DNA of 64,000 bases from Felis catus (taxonomy: Eukaryota). Location: positions 52,516,001-52,580,000 of the forward strand of contig NC_058382.1 in assembly GCF_018350175.1 (NCBI RefSeq), in the 5' to 3' direction. This document shows, one piece after another, positions 1 to 12,600 of the stretch. Below the pieces are notes generated by a model. The model saw only the letters and a list, made by a program, of their open reading frames with translations. It did not search any database and had not been told where the DNA came from. Numbering within the stretch: the stretch's first letter is position 1; the number at the start of each line of letters is the position of its first letter. Position numbers and translations under genes: made by a program.

Positions 1-889
1 AGTCACTCTTATTTGGACATACAGCCTGCCTCTTCTTAGATGTTTCTTTCAGAAGAGCAAACCACTAGACAACCCGTCCCCCTCTGTCAGCTGCCATCAC
101 GTCCCAGGGGCCCCACCGGCCAGGGACATGCTGTCAGTGTGTGTAATCGAGTCAAGTCATTTCAGGCTTATCGGTACATTGCTAATTGATCTTCATCTCC
201 TATTATTTCACCTCCAAGCCAACACGCCCCTCACCATGGTGACACTGGGGTAGTTTCTGTTCTCCATGCAAGTGCCTGCTTGTTGATCAGTTTTCATTAC
301 TCTCTGGTTCAGGAGGCCTCTCCTCATCTGTTTGCTGTGGCAAACTCTGCGTCTTTCTTCTTATTTATTATTTTTTTTAAATCACAGTGTCTATAAAATA
401 ATGCCATCAGCGGGAGAGAGAGCGCCAATTGTCCTACAGGGTCAGAGATAGACGTCACCTGGCCCCCGCGAGCCCACCTCTCAAGCACTTCTGTGCATGA
501 AAGGCCCCGCACTGTGGCAGAAACCCATTCCGTTTATTTGAGGAGTTTGGTGAGGGCTTGGGAGAAGCAGAAGGAAACCCGAGACATGGACCGGCTTCCT
601 GGAGGTGGAGGTGGCCACGCCTCACTGCGGGAAGATCCGGCCTTCGTGCCGCGATCTAAAGCCAGGGCGGGCTTTCGTGATAAACATCCGGAGATCCCTG
701 AGTCTCCATCGGATGATTCACGAAACAAGCCAGGGCTTCCCAGCTTCCTGGAAAAGGTTATCCTGTTGCTTTGTTTTAGTGTGGGTTGTTGTCATTGCTG
801 CTCTATTCACCCACTTGTGGGGAAAGACACCATCAAAGGAGTAGAGGCTCCTGGTGACAGTTTCAAACCTTTCGATAAGATTTAACAGT

Positions 890-1420
890 AAAAATTTTCC
901 TTCCATCTCTCATTCCCAGCCGTCTCTCCAAAAGAGACCACCATGAAAGTTTTATTGTGGATTCTTCCAGAAGCATCATGTGCATTTACTATCAGATACA
1001 AATATGTATGGCTTTCTTAAGAAAAAAAAAATGTGCAACCCGAAACCATTGAAGACATTTTGTTTATTACCTTGCCCCGTTTGTGTAATAGTGTGTTGGA
1101 GATTCTTTGGTGCCTGCACGTGTAGCTCGACCTGGCGGTGCGCCCCGACCGCAGAATATTCCATCACGTGAGGGTCCCGTAATTTATGCATTCCTCTGCT
1201 GGCAGGCATTTAGGTCGATTCTGTGTTTTGCTTTTACACATGATTTGGTGACAAAACGTCTCTGCACATGTGTTTTGTCTCCTTGTACAAGCGTGTCAGA
1301 AGGGTGCCCTTCCGGGAGCAGAAGTGCACCTTCCAAATACTTTTTTAGGAATTTCCAAATGATCCTCTGAAACGGCAGCACCACTTTTTTCCCCTGCCGT
1401 TCTCCCATGAGGATGCATGC
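890..1420 (-). mobile_element. Old L1 (L1ME-like) 3' fragment
   Basis: Degenerate antisense L1 motifs: 'tattccatcacgtga...taatttat', 'ggcatttaggtcgattc', 'ttccaaatgatcctctgaaa'. Confidence 0.6.
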
Positions 1421-2473
1421 CACCCCAGAAATTACCTCCAGCAGCAGCAGAGAGGACTGGGGTGCCACTGCCGGGTCTGGCATGTCAGCAATCAGAACCC
1501 CATTTTTAAAAATTTACGTTGCTATCATATTATCAGGTTCTTACGAAGGACTACTTCCTAACACTGTGTAGCCCAATCCCCAAGCTTGGCAATCCCCCCC
1601 CCCCCTTTCAATACATCACATTGATTTTCTGTATGACTTTATCTGCTTAATACAAAGTGGGATTGAACAGTTATTTGTCTGGATTTGACCATTCCTTATC
1701 AAACATTTATGATTTAGCTTTCGCCACGGCATCTTCTTGTAAGGTGTTTCTTATTTTTATCTTTTTCTGTAAAGGTGGAATTGTGTTGACAGCTCCGTAA
1801 TAAATCTCTCTTGAATGAGACACGTTGCAGCAGGGCGGGGAGAGGGAGAGGTGGGGCTCTGTGCACGGCCTATTTAAGGAAAAGCTTTAAGAAGGGTCCG
1901 TGTGAATTGTTTCCGAAACAAAGTCGCCTTCTAATAGTAGAGAGTGATGCCCTGACTTTGGAGTTTGCCACGTACAAGGATTGGGTGCCTCACTGGAAAA
2001 CACAGTGGGGAGGGGGTCCTGCCCTGATGATGGCTTGTCCAGTAAATAAGCGAGGTTAGTACAGCCAAGGCCAAATCTTAGAACTACCTCTTGTCTGTAC
2101 GTAGAATAATGTCACCGTCAGGGTCAGGGCAGGGTCACCAGCATTCACTGAGAACCTTGGTGGGAATGTAATGTGCATACGGGGGATTGGAAAATAATAC
2201 AACTTGATGGGGTATACATATTTTACTCTCATTTGCTTTCTTGTCGGGAGCAGTTTCTAGCTACATGCAGAGGAGAGAGAGTTAGAAAATTTGACTCAGT
2301 GCTACAAAACCTAATTGAGCACCTACTATGCCTCGGACATCGTGCCCCGGGAACAAATTCCAGGGACGAGTGATGAATACAGCAGTGTGGCAGTGAAGGG
2401 AGCAGCCAGACCTTCGTAAGTAGGCCTGCATCCCAACAGCTCAGAGCCGGGTGACTCAGGGAGAGTCCTTTTC

Positions 2474-2668
2474 TTTTTTCTTTTTTATGTTTATTTATTT
2501 TTGATAGAACACAAGGCAGGGAGGAGAAGAGAGAGAGGGAGACACAGAATCTGAAGTAGGCTCCGGGCTCTGAGCTGTCAGCACAGCGCCCGACGTGGGG
2601 CTCAGACCCACAGACCGTGAGATCATGACCTGAGCCAAAGTCGGTTCAACTGAGCCACCCAGGTGCCC
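2474..2668 (-). mobile_element. Can-SINE (feline SINEC)
   Basis: T-rich tail, (AG)n, 'gagatcatgacctgagcc...gagccacccaggtgccc'; imperfect TSD 'gagtccttt' on both sides. Confidence 0.93.
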
Positions 2669-2719
2669 TAGGGGCGAGTCCTTTCTAATTAAAAAAAATA
2701 ATAATAAAATAAGACCACA

Positions 2720-3150
2720 TACTTAGGTCACATCATGACTCCCGTGGATGAAGGATCCAGGTGTGGTTCAGCGTCTCTCTCAGGCTGTAACTAAGGGGCT
2801 GGCATTCATTGACTGGGGCTGGGCTGGGAAAGGTCTGTTCCCAAGTTCACACTCATAGTACTTGGCAGAATTCTTCTTCCTCCTCCTCCTCCTCCTCCTC
2901 CTCCTCCTCCTCCTCCTCCTTCTTCTTTTTCTTCTTCTGCTCTTTTCTTTTTTCTTTTTCGGCTGATGTTGGACTGAGGGACTCTGTTCCTTTGTCCACT
3001 GTTGTTTTTTCAGTGTTGCCATGTGGGCCTCTCTAAATGGCGCCTTGCAACATGGCAGCTGCCTTCCAGCTAAGAGAGCCACGGAAGAGCACGAGAAGAT
3101 GGGCTAGAAGGAAGCCAGAGTCTTGGGGAAACTTAATCTCAGAAGCGAAA
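2720..3150 (-). mobile_element. MaLR (MLT1-type) LTR fragment interrupted by a microsatellite
   Basis: 'catgtgggcctctc', 'aacatggcagctgccttcc', 'ggaagccagagtc...aatctcagaag' resemble antisense old MLT1 LTRs. Confidence 0.55.
2871..2960. repeat. (TCC)n/(TTC)n pyrimidine microsatellite
   Basis: Directly visible tandem triplets. Confidence 0.95.
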
Positions 3151-3159
3151 ACACATCCT

Positions 3160-3365
3160 TTTATTTTGCATTGAGATATAATTCAGTACCATAACGCCCT
3201 CCCTTTTAAAGTGTACACAGTCTTTGCACATATATGTCATGCTTTTTGGTATATTTATGAAGCTGTACAAGCGTCACCACCGTCTAATTACAGAACGTTT
3301 TCATCACTCCAAAAAAAAGACCCTGGGCCCATTAGCAGTCACTCCCCTTCCCCATCCCCAGCCTC
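3160..3365 (-). mobile_element. L1MB-like 3' end
   Basis: 'ttgagatataattca...ccttttaaagtgtaca...ttttcatcactccaaaaaaa...cccattagcagtcactcccc'. Confidence 0.8.
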
Positions 3366-3369
3366 ACCA

Positions 3370-3760
3370 AAGAGAATTCCAAGCAGAGGTGTGGCGAGTG
3401 CCTGTTTCCTGTGATGGACATGTGCGTAACCTGTTCAAGGGAGAGAAAGCAGCCACTATGGTTGGAACCAGGCGGAGTGATAGGCGATGTGTTTGGAGAG
3501 GGTGGCAGACCTCAGATTGTGAAGCCGCTGTGAGGACTCTGGGCTTTATTCTACTCGTGCTGGAAGCCACTGGAAGTTTGTGATAGGATTTTGCCCACAG
3601 TTTTAAAAAGATGTGGTTGCGGTCTGTAGGAGGCAAGAGCGGAAGCTGCAGGGCCAGTTGGGGGGCATCTCATGGGCTACGAGAACGATAATGGCGACTT
3701 AGACCACGTGGTGATGGCGGAGATGGAGAGAAGAGGTTAGATTCAGGATATATCATCCTA
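3370..3760 (-). mobile_element. L2 LINE fragment
   Basis: 'attccaagcagagg', 'ggactctgggctttattct', 'ggaagccactggaag', 'gatggagagaag...gattcaggatat'. Confidence 0.75.
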
Positions 3761-4879
3761 CTGAGCTCGGTGCACTGTGGTTGTCGGATGGCCTCCCTCC
3801 CCCGGAACACAGACCCTGTGACGTCTCCATCCCGATACGCACTGTGGGCCAGCCACCCGGGAGGCCCCCGCCGCACATCTGCCGCATGAGTGTTACGGAT
3901 TGACCACCCGCGCGGGAAGTGGCTGGTTGGCGGATAAAGCAGCCAGGCTCCGAGCTCTGGATGCCGAACTCCTTCCTCTGCGGGCTGGCTCATCATAGCC
4001 TGTCCCCTAGAATGATGCCTTTAATCCTGTCCCCTTCACTAGCAGGGATTCCCAGCTTATAAGTGATGTTTTCCTTTCAAAATGTGAGCAGAAAGAAGAG
4101 CCAGCAGTGTCAAAACTGGGTGCGTAAATATTTTATTTTTTTCCTTTCCGCAAATGAGCGCGGTATATCAATATCAGTGCATCTGGGAAGAGCAAGCACG
4201 TCGGTGGCCCGCAGAATAGAAACCTGGTACGGCGATCCATTATGTTCTCCCTCAATTAGGCTTGTTGAGGCTCCGTGATGAAAGTGGCATTTTTCTTAAT
4301 TATTAACAGTTAAAAATAGGAAAATAGATTTCAGGGGGGGAAAAGTCGCAGGCAACAAGAGCCCAATTCTAAATGTGTGCGTGTGCGTAAAACGGAATTT
4401 GCCAAACATGAATAGGCACTTACAATGTGACTAGAATTGGCTCTGTCATGTGTCAGCCTAATAGCCTAAACCCTGGTTCAATACAATGAACTTGGGAAGG
4501 TTTGCTTAATGAAAGAACTGACGTTTTCTGTGCAGTGGCTGCATTCATCAGCCTGCATCCTGTTCATTACACTACAAAGGGCTGCCAATGGGAATTGGTA
4601 GGGTCATCTATTAGGTAAACGTGATGGGGACAAAAGATAGCAGAGGCCGGGGCCTTGTGGAATTTTCTGAGTTGGTCTGGGTTCCTGCAGGCGTAAGCCC
4701 TGCTGAGGGGCACTGTGTGTCCAAGTTGCAAAACGGCTTCAGGAGCCATGGGCTGGATTCTGACTCTGCCCCATCCTGACACACACATCCTTGGGGTTGC
4801 TGGAGAAGACCGTTCCCCCATCCTTGATGCCTCTGCACCCACTGGGAGGCCTGTAGGGCTGCTCACACCATTGGGCTTC

Positions 4880-5460
4880 TCGCTCCCTGTGGACACACGT
4901 TACGACTGGCCTCCCCTGTCCCATGACTTGCTTCGGCCAATGGATTCGGACTGGAAGCGATGTGCATCTCTTGGAGGCAGAAACTTTTTTTTTTTTTAAT
5001 TTTTTTTTTCAACGTTTATTTATTTTTGGGACAGAGAGAGACAGAACATGAACGGGGGAGGGGCAGAGAGAGAGGGAGACACAGAATCGGAAACAGGCTC
5101 CAGGCTCTGAGCCATCAGCCCAGAGCCTGACGCGGGGCTCGAACTCCCGGACCGCGAGATCGTGACCTGGCTGAAGTCGGACGCTTAACCGACTGCGCCA
5201 CCCAGGCGCCCCATGGAGGCAGAAACTTTAAGAGCCTGGGAGGGTGACGCACGTATTCTCTGCCAGTGCTGACTGGCAGTGTTCCAGACACCAGCTGCCC
5301 TGTCACTCTGGGTCCTGGAGGAAGGGCAAAGACAAGAACCCCAATGGACCCAGGGTGGACAGAGAGAAAGAAATTATGCTTCTGTTTCATGGCCGTCAGA
5401 TACTGAGATTCGGAGGGTTGCTTGTTACACGGTTATCCCCTGGCCCATCCTCACAGCTCA
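4880..5460 (+). mobile_element. Old ERVL/MaLR-class LTR interrupted by a SINE
   Basis: 'catgacttgcttcggccaatg...ggcagaaactttaagagcc...actgagattcggagggttgcttgttac'. Confidence 0.6.
4988..5212 (-). mobile_element. Young feline Can-SINE (SINEC_Fc-like), full length
   Basis: CpG-rich near-consensus body; 16-bp perfect TSD 'tggaggcagaaacttt' at 4972-4987 and 5214-5229. Confidence 0.97.
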
Positions 5461-6404
5461 TACCCATCATTAGGCACAGAGGGATCCTCGTTTGACGATC
5501 ACGGCGAAAAACTCCAGAACAATCGGTTGCTTCATAACACGCTTATAGCCCACGTTGCAAGGTTGGAATATTGCCATCTGCCCTTTTTTTAAAAAATTAC
5601 TTTAAAGATCTGTAGATGTCAGATTTCAGTTAGCGTCTAGAGCCGTTTGAGGGGGGTGCCCACCTGAGAACTTCAGCAGACGCCTTCCTCGGTGAGTGGG
5701 GCCCTGAGTCTTTGGAAGATGCAGACAAGCAAGATCTGCTGATTGTGGAGGTCATCTTGGGAAAGGCCGTGGTGGGGAGTACAGAGCAGGCCCATTAATT
5801 CAGGGGGGATTTCCATCAGTTCTATCTGCCTCTTGCCTAATGGGGCTGTTTGGTTGTGTTCTTTTCCTGGAGAGATTAGTGATTGAAAGCAGGAGATTTA
5901 GAAAAGAGAGATAAAAGTTTGCTCTTAATTCTTGTGACATGCAGCCTCCTAAGAAGGCTTGCTAAGGAAGCTCCATAGTAGATTCAGACTTAAGCCAGAG
6001 GACAGATTCTCCTAAGACAGTATCAATGTCCAGGGGGTGACATTTCCATAACAAAGGGGCTTTAAAAAGGATTCTAGGGAAGTTGAGTTGTGTTGCTGTC
6101 GTCTCTAACCTGAAACCCCAACTGCTGGCCGATTTCAAAGTGCCTTATGTCATTTATCGGGGGGGGGGGGGAGTTGAATATGCATTCTTCCTGCATTCGT
6201 TTCTTGAATTCAGTCACCTCGAAAATACTAGTTTTCTCTCTCACCCTCTCCCCAGCAGTCTTTACCCCCCTCAGTGCTGCAAGTTGGAGAGACGTGGTCT
6301 TTCATTGATGTAAAACATAGCCTGTCTTCGTGAGGTCGCTGCAGGGTGTGTTAAAGCCCTTCAGACAGGGTTCCGCAGTCTTCAAATGGTACCCTGGGAG
6401 AAGC

Positions 6405-6560
6405 CAGTTGTGCTGCCTCGATCCTATTCCATAACCTTCTCAGCCTCAGTTTTCTTTTCCATAAAATGGGGACAAAGGTGGCATCTTGGCACCTTGCTCA
6501 TCAAGTGATTCTGAGAAGCAAAGTAGGTGAACAAATGCGGGCAGGACCCTCAGTCCAGCC
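6405..6560 (+). mobile_element. MIR
   Basis: Core 'aaccttctcagcctcagttttcttttccataaaatgggga'. Confidence 0.75.
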
Positions 6561-6824
6561 TTGTCACTAAGGGAATTTTCAGTTAAGTGCTCTTTCCTGG
6601 TAGCACTTGTGTACGGATGGGCGCAGTCTTTGCCACGGAAAGTCCCAGAAAATGCTGACTCAGTGGATCTGAAACAAACAAGCAGCATGGTTTGTCACAA
6701 CACCAGGACTTCTGATTGGGGCAGCTCCCGGCAGGGTGGGTTTTCAGGGCTTAGGTCCAGCGTGACTTACCCTTTACAAGATGGTGCCTCCATTGGTGGG
6801 GCTGTCTGGGGCTGTCTGTGATGG

Positions 6825-7060
6825 ACTCTGGTGTGGAGAAGCGTGTCCTCTGCAGAGTCAGGAACACGTGACTTCAATCCCCTCTGTCAAAGCTTCAAAG
6901 CTGTGTGACCATGGGGTGACCTCTCTGTGCTTCAGGCTCCTCATCTGTAAGATGGGCACAGTGACTTTGCCAATCTCAGAACGTGGCGTCGTCAGTAAGG
7001 CGGTTGGTATGCAGTTCACAGCCCCATGCCCAACACGGTGAGCTCTCTGCAGATGTGTCT
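6825..7060 (+). mobile_element. MIR
   Basis: Core 'gctgtgtgacc...acctctctgtgcttcaggctcctcatctgtaagatggg'. Confidence 0.8.
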
Positions 7061-8019
7061 CAGGCATCAGAGTGGGTGACTTACTCGGTGCTGCTCATCT
7101 GGTGGCTGATGGACCAGGTGCCCAGACTCTTCCTCCCCCTGGTGTCTCACCCTACAACCTCTGCCACGGGAAACTGTACAGAGGGGTTGGCTCTCATAGT
7201 TAATTAAAAGTAGGCGCACAAGGACCGTAGCTTCTAAAATCCTACAACAGTGCTTAATACAAACCTAGTCTATCATGAAAAGAACTGTATTCGACTCTTA
7301 GGAAGCCCCTTGCATATAAATTTTCTCCTTCTGTTTAATGGGAGAGGAAAACACTGCTTTATATATTTGCTAGCAGCTTTCCTGAGGGTCCATGGGTGAA
7401 CTTATCTATAAATCTTTGGCATTTAAACTTTAGTCTCCTGCTCCTCATAGACTTTCTAGAAGTAGGGCTCTGCCTTTCCTTTAACCCCATATTTAGACTT
7501 GGACAAGTTGACGTTGTTATGTACTGGATTATCTCAATATAGATATACTTTGCTGGGTTCTAGGGTTTTTTTGGTGTGGAAAACGAAAAATAATAATGAT
7601 GAAGATAACAGGATACTGACCAGAGCCCCATTACTAGGCTCTGTCTGTTGTTCTACTGAACTCATCTGAGCAATCTCCCTTTTGTTCCTCTCTGTGTCCC
7701 TTTCTTTCACACCAGGTTGAGCCTTGATGGCCTATCCTATAAGGCGTCACCAGTTTGGTCCCTTCCTGTTCTTCCAAACGAGTCTTTCATTAGGCTCTAG
7801 GATGTGCACTTTGATTCTCACATTAGACTTTGCTCTGCCCTCAGCCAAAGCTCCTCTTAAATACACAGCCATCAAAACCATACAACTTAATCCTTATGCC
7901 CCTGGGGGTATCTTTCCTGCTATATTAGTCTTGGCTTCCCTTGGGTATTCCATGAGACCTTCAAGGGGAAGGCTGTGAGATAAAATGTCATTAGGTAAAC
8001 AGGGATGATATCAAGGTTC

Positions 8020-8330
8020 CATCCATTCATTTGCTGATCTATTCTTCATTCAACTACCATTCACTATGAGCTTACCCTGAGTTAGGCCCTGCTAGGCCTC
8101 GCACTTGGTGGGGCTTAAGTAGGAATTAGGATCCTACAGTTTAGTTAGGGCAAGGCATATGGACATACAATTAGAATGTTCGGTGTGGTAAATGCAATGC
8201 AAAGGTACCAAGAATGTAGGCAAGAGAGGGAAAGGAATACTTTCCTTTGCTAAGTGTGGGTGAAGGTGTAACAGAGTTAGGAGGTAGCAGTTTGGAGGAG
8301 GAAACTTGACCGTAGAGAAGGCTATGCATA
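8020..8330 (-). mobile_element. L2 fragment (3' end)
   Basis: 'catccattcatt...cattcaac...atgagcttac...taggccctgctagg' antisense L2 tail. Confidence 0.55.
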
Positions 8331-8344
8331 ACAGGGGTCTTGGA

Positions 8345-8540
8345 GGGGCTTCTGGGTGTCTCAGTCCATTAAGCATCTGACTCTTGATTTCTGCTTAGGT
8401 CATGATCTCACGATCATGAGATCGAGCCCCCTTTTGGGCTTCTTTGCTGAGCATGGAGCCTGCTTAAGATTCTCTGTCTCCCCCCCCCTCTCTCTGCCCC
8501 TCCCTCACTGCTCACTCTCTCTCTTAAAAATAAACAAAAG
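8345..8540 (+). mobile_element. Older Can-SINE
   Basis: 'ggggcttctgggtgtctcagtcc...aggtcatgatctcac...' followed by (CT)n and an A-rich tail. Confidence 0.9.
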
Positions 8541-9217
8541 AAGACATTGGCATCTATGTGAGTGTTGGCAGCTGGACTACTCTGGGAAGCTGAGCTCTAG
8601 GGGAAGAAAGGAAGGAAGTGCACTTAGCAGAGGGAACAGTGGGTATGGTGGCCCAGACGTGGGTGTCATCAGAGCATGCCTGAGTTTCTCTGAGGAGACA
8701 CCTGATCATAACTTGATAAATACTCCCTGATGGGTTATCTCCACCAGGGCTTGGTGCAGGAAATGGGAACCTCTCTATAAATTGTATACAGGAAGGGGTT
8801 TAATAAAGGCAACGTGGTGCTTGCAAAATTATTGGAAAAGCTGAAGGAGTGGAATCGAAGTTGGTCCTCTCCAAGAATGGCCCAATGAATCATACAGACG
8901 TAACCCTCCAGGGAAGCCACTACTGGAGCTAAGCCAGACTAAGACAAAGCCACCTCCACTGCTGTGGCCCTAATACCACCACCCAGGGAATTAGAGACCG
9001 GCACCAGAGGAGTGAGACCAAAAACTGTTTGCATGTGCCCTCCCTGGCTGGGCACGAGGAGATGCTTCAAAGAAGCAGGAGTAAGGCCCTTCCCTCGTTT
9101 CTCCTCTTCAGGTCTCATGTGACAGCACCTAGCAGTTGGTGGGATAGACCGGTGTCTAGAAGGTAGCTGTAAGTCCTGGAAAGGTAGTTTTTAGCTTTCT
9201 GACTCCTCCAGCTAGGG

Positions 9218-9420
9218 CAGCGGTATCCGGGAATCGTGTCACCCCTCAGAGGGCATTTCAGTATATCTGAGATATTTTTGGTTGCCCCAGTCAGGGCCTG
9301 GAGGTTGGCACCTAGTGGGTCCAGGCCAGGGACGCTGCTCAACATCCCATAATACACGGGGCAGACCCTCCCACAAAGAGTAAGCCAGAACTAAATGTCG
9401 GAGAGCTGAAGTTGAGAAAT
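9218..9420 (+). mobile_element. MER20 (hAT-Charlie DNA transposon)
   Basis: 'tttttggttg...ggcacctagtgggtccaggccagggacgctgctcaacatcc...gttgagaaa'. Confidence 0.85.
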
Positions 9421-9519
9421 GTATGGAATGATCCGAGGCCCGGGACAATCATGCCACCCTCTCAGTTTGGATTATAGTGTGGTGGGTCTGATGGGCCCAG
9501 ACTTGGATTCCAGATGGAT

Positions 9520-9886
9520 GCTGAACTCCGCTGAATAGTGTCCCTTCCTCTACTCCAATTCCTGGCTCTCCAGAACCTCGGAATACAGCTCCACTTGCAA
9601 ATAAAGTCTTTACAGATGGAACTGTAAACGTGGGCCCCCAATTCAAGGAGAGTGTCCTTGTGACAGACAGAAATGGACTCACAGTGAGAAAGCCCTGTAA
9701 AGGTGGAGGCAGAGGCTGGAGGGGGTGTGTCTCCAGCAACCAGCAGTAGCTGGGGAAGAGGCCTGAGATTGCTTCTCCCTCAGAGCCCCAGAGGCACCAT
9801 CCCTGTGACTCAGACATCCAGCCTCCAGAACTCCAAGAGAACAAATTTCAGGCCTCCTCCTTTGCGACCCTAGAGAACTAATGCAG
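9520..9886 (+). mobile_element. MLT1 (B/C-like) LTR
   Basis: 'ctgaatagtgtccc', 'gtctttacagatg', 'ggaggcagaggctggag', 'ccagcctccagaact', 'aactaatgca'. Confidence 0.8.
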
Positions 9887-9984
9887 ATACTATTTAATAC
9901 AGCTCTATAGGACGGACGTGAGTATTATTGTCACACAGCTGCCACTCCTGAGTGGCGATAATCTGGTTAATCGCTGATGCCCTC

Positions 9985-10140
9985 ATATCCCTTCTTTCCG
10001 CATCTGTAAATGGAGATGCCCCTGTCGCATTTGGAGGTGGTTTTAAGACTTACGTGAAACGACATATATAAAGGACTTGCCACAAAGCCTGGTTCACAGT
10101 AAGTGACCAATAAATAACTGCCCTTATTATTGTCGCTATT
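9985..10140 (+). mobile_element. MIR
   Basis: 'ttccgcatctgtaaatggaga...gcctggttcacagtaagtgaccaataaat'. Confidence 0.75.
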
Positions 10141-12039
10141 ATTTAGGATGAAAATGTATTTAAAATGCACAGTCAATATTCAATTACCCTCACTAATAAA
10201 GGAGAATAAAGATATGGATTACAAAAGAGAAAATAAATGGAAAGATTGCTTTACATTTTGAAAAGTGGTGAGATGAACCGCATAGGCACTAAGCTTCGGG
10301 GGGCCTTACTTGGTTCCTTTTTAGCCCACCCCGGCAGGGACTGGCTTTCTACCGGGGCAGTAGAAGAGATACAATCCTTTACAACCCACAGGGAAAATAA
10401 TTCGCTTTTGGATAGTTAAGTATCACTTGGAGCTACAGGGTCCTGCTTAAAAATCATTCTGTCATCCTAATTCCCCCCCCCACCCCCAGTTTAGTAAAAG
10501 TTTAGAATACTGGCAGGGCAGCAAATATGTTTAAATGGTTTTCTTCAAATGTCAGATTTAATTAAATCCATAACCAGAAGACAAGCCTAAAAGAATTTTG
10601 CAGGGAGCTTTGGAATTCATTTTTCTTTCCACCCCACCTCACCCCGCCCCCCCCCCCCCCCCCCGCCGCCCCACCACGTTCAAGATGATAACCGTGGACC
10701 AAAACCTTCCCAAATGCATGCAAATGGAAGTAGGGACATTGATCATACAAATACACCCAGGGAGACAGAGTGCCTGTTAGCACTGTGTTCTGTAGCCAAG
10801 TGTGGTGATCAGAAAATTTGTACGTTGAGACCACAAAAGAGCGTAGCTGAAGTTTGGTGGTTTCTTTCTAAGACGGGAATGTGTACGTGCTGGCCTTACG
10901 TTCAGGCCTCTGTGATCACTCAGGTGTGCGTCAGTATTCTGATGGGTCGGTTATTAGGTTATTAGGACCACAGTAAGCAGTGTAGCATGACAGGAGAAAC
11001 CATCGTGTCTCCAAACTATGCCTAAATTGCCTGTAATCGGTTCATTCTACCTTGCATAACCAGATTTTATCACTTGCAAACCGAACAGCTGGAAAAAAAA
11101 AATGCTTAAAATAAAATTACCAGGTGAAATTTTAAAAACAAGAAGGGCCCAAAAGATCCCCCACAAGACCATCCCTGGCCCGGAGCCCCCCATTCCAGGG
11201 TCCGGCATTTGTACCGATTATGGCCTGACAGCTCTTGAGTTTCCAATGATAACAGCCATCTGACTTGATCGGAGTTCAATGGATTTTCACTAAAATAGAA
11301 TCATCGCCTTGGTGATGGATAGAAGAAGTAAAGCAATACATCCTGATAAATGCTCTGCCTGCCTCCTTCCTCTCCCCAGCGGTGACCTTGTACAATCCAT
11401 AAGAGAGCAAGGCAGAGCCCTGGTCACCGCCGCAGCGCGTCAGGGCTTGGAAATTTAAGTAGCTTTGAAGCCCGTCAATGGGGTGAAGGGGGAATGGCCA
11501 GAGAAAGCAATGGATCATGCTTAGAAGGCTCGGAGGGAAATAGGGTACGCTGAAGGTCAGCGCGCAGACGTGTCCCGAAGGAACAGCTCAAACCCTCATT
11601 CGTATTCACGGGAGGCTGTGGCCCTGTGAGGCGAGATCCTTGCAAGAGTACAATAAAACAGGAATTTCCAGAGCATATCATTTCTTCCCAGCTGCGAAAG
11701 GCACCAGAGAACAGTGCGGCATAAGTGCTCACCCAGAGCGCGAGGGTGCCTTGCCCCAGCCTGTCCCTCTGAGTCACAAGGAGCCAGCTATGCAGGCAAT
11801 CGCTCTGGAGCGCTACGTTTGTTTTCCAAGTTGTCCATCTGGGTGAGCCCAGCCAGCCGTGAAGATTTTGAACCCCACCGATCATCTGGAACGACACCAG
11901 CACCATTAGCTACAAAGAAATGCGACGGAAACAGGGTGTCCAGGAAGCTCCCGGACCCGTGACCTCGCCCCGGCCCCACGCACTCGATTGGGAAAGGCGC
12001 TTCTGGGTGGTTGAAGGACGGACGGAGAAGTTCGGTGTT

Positions 12040-12600
12040 GGCAGGCGCCCATTAGTGTTGGTTACAAGTTGCTAAAAGAAAATATTAAAATAAAAATTAG
12101 ATCATAAATTTGGAGCCACACTTACCAAGCCTAAAGTGCAAATTGCCAAACAAGTCAAGAGACTCATTAGCATTTTATGTAAATCAGTTATTACTGTTCT
12201 CCACTTCCTTAATTATCCATGTTATTTCAATACAACCCTTTCTTTGATGTCCCAATTCTATATTTAAATAGTGCAAGATTTCTATCGTATCCTCCCGCAG
12301 AGGTTTCTGCCATGCAAAAAACATGCCAAGAGCAGCTATTTTAAAGACTACAGGGAAATGTTTAATTGGTTCATCCCATTTGAGTTATGAGGGCGTATTA
12401 CTGAGCACATAAACTCAGAAACATGGAAAGTACTAGCTTGGAGAAGTTTACTAAAACCTGCAAGAGACCACTTGAAATTTTGCCCCCAAGACTTTTTTCC
12501 GATCCTCAGTGGGAGCTGATTCAAAGGGAAATTTTGCAAACTTCATTGAATTTTGCTAAACGATTGATTTATAATTGAAATATTTGGAAATAAAACCCAA
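12040..12600. promoter_or_regulatory. Candidate conserved non-coding/enhancer block
   Basis: Repeat-free and AT-rich, many TAAT/TTTAT cores, PBX-HOX-like TGATTTAT at 12565-12572; conservation untested. Confidence 0.35.

Noticed and set aside
2780..3082. Arg-rich and Ser-rich ORFs
   Set aside because: Translations of the (TCC)n/(TTC)n microsatellite inside an LTR
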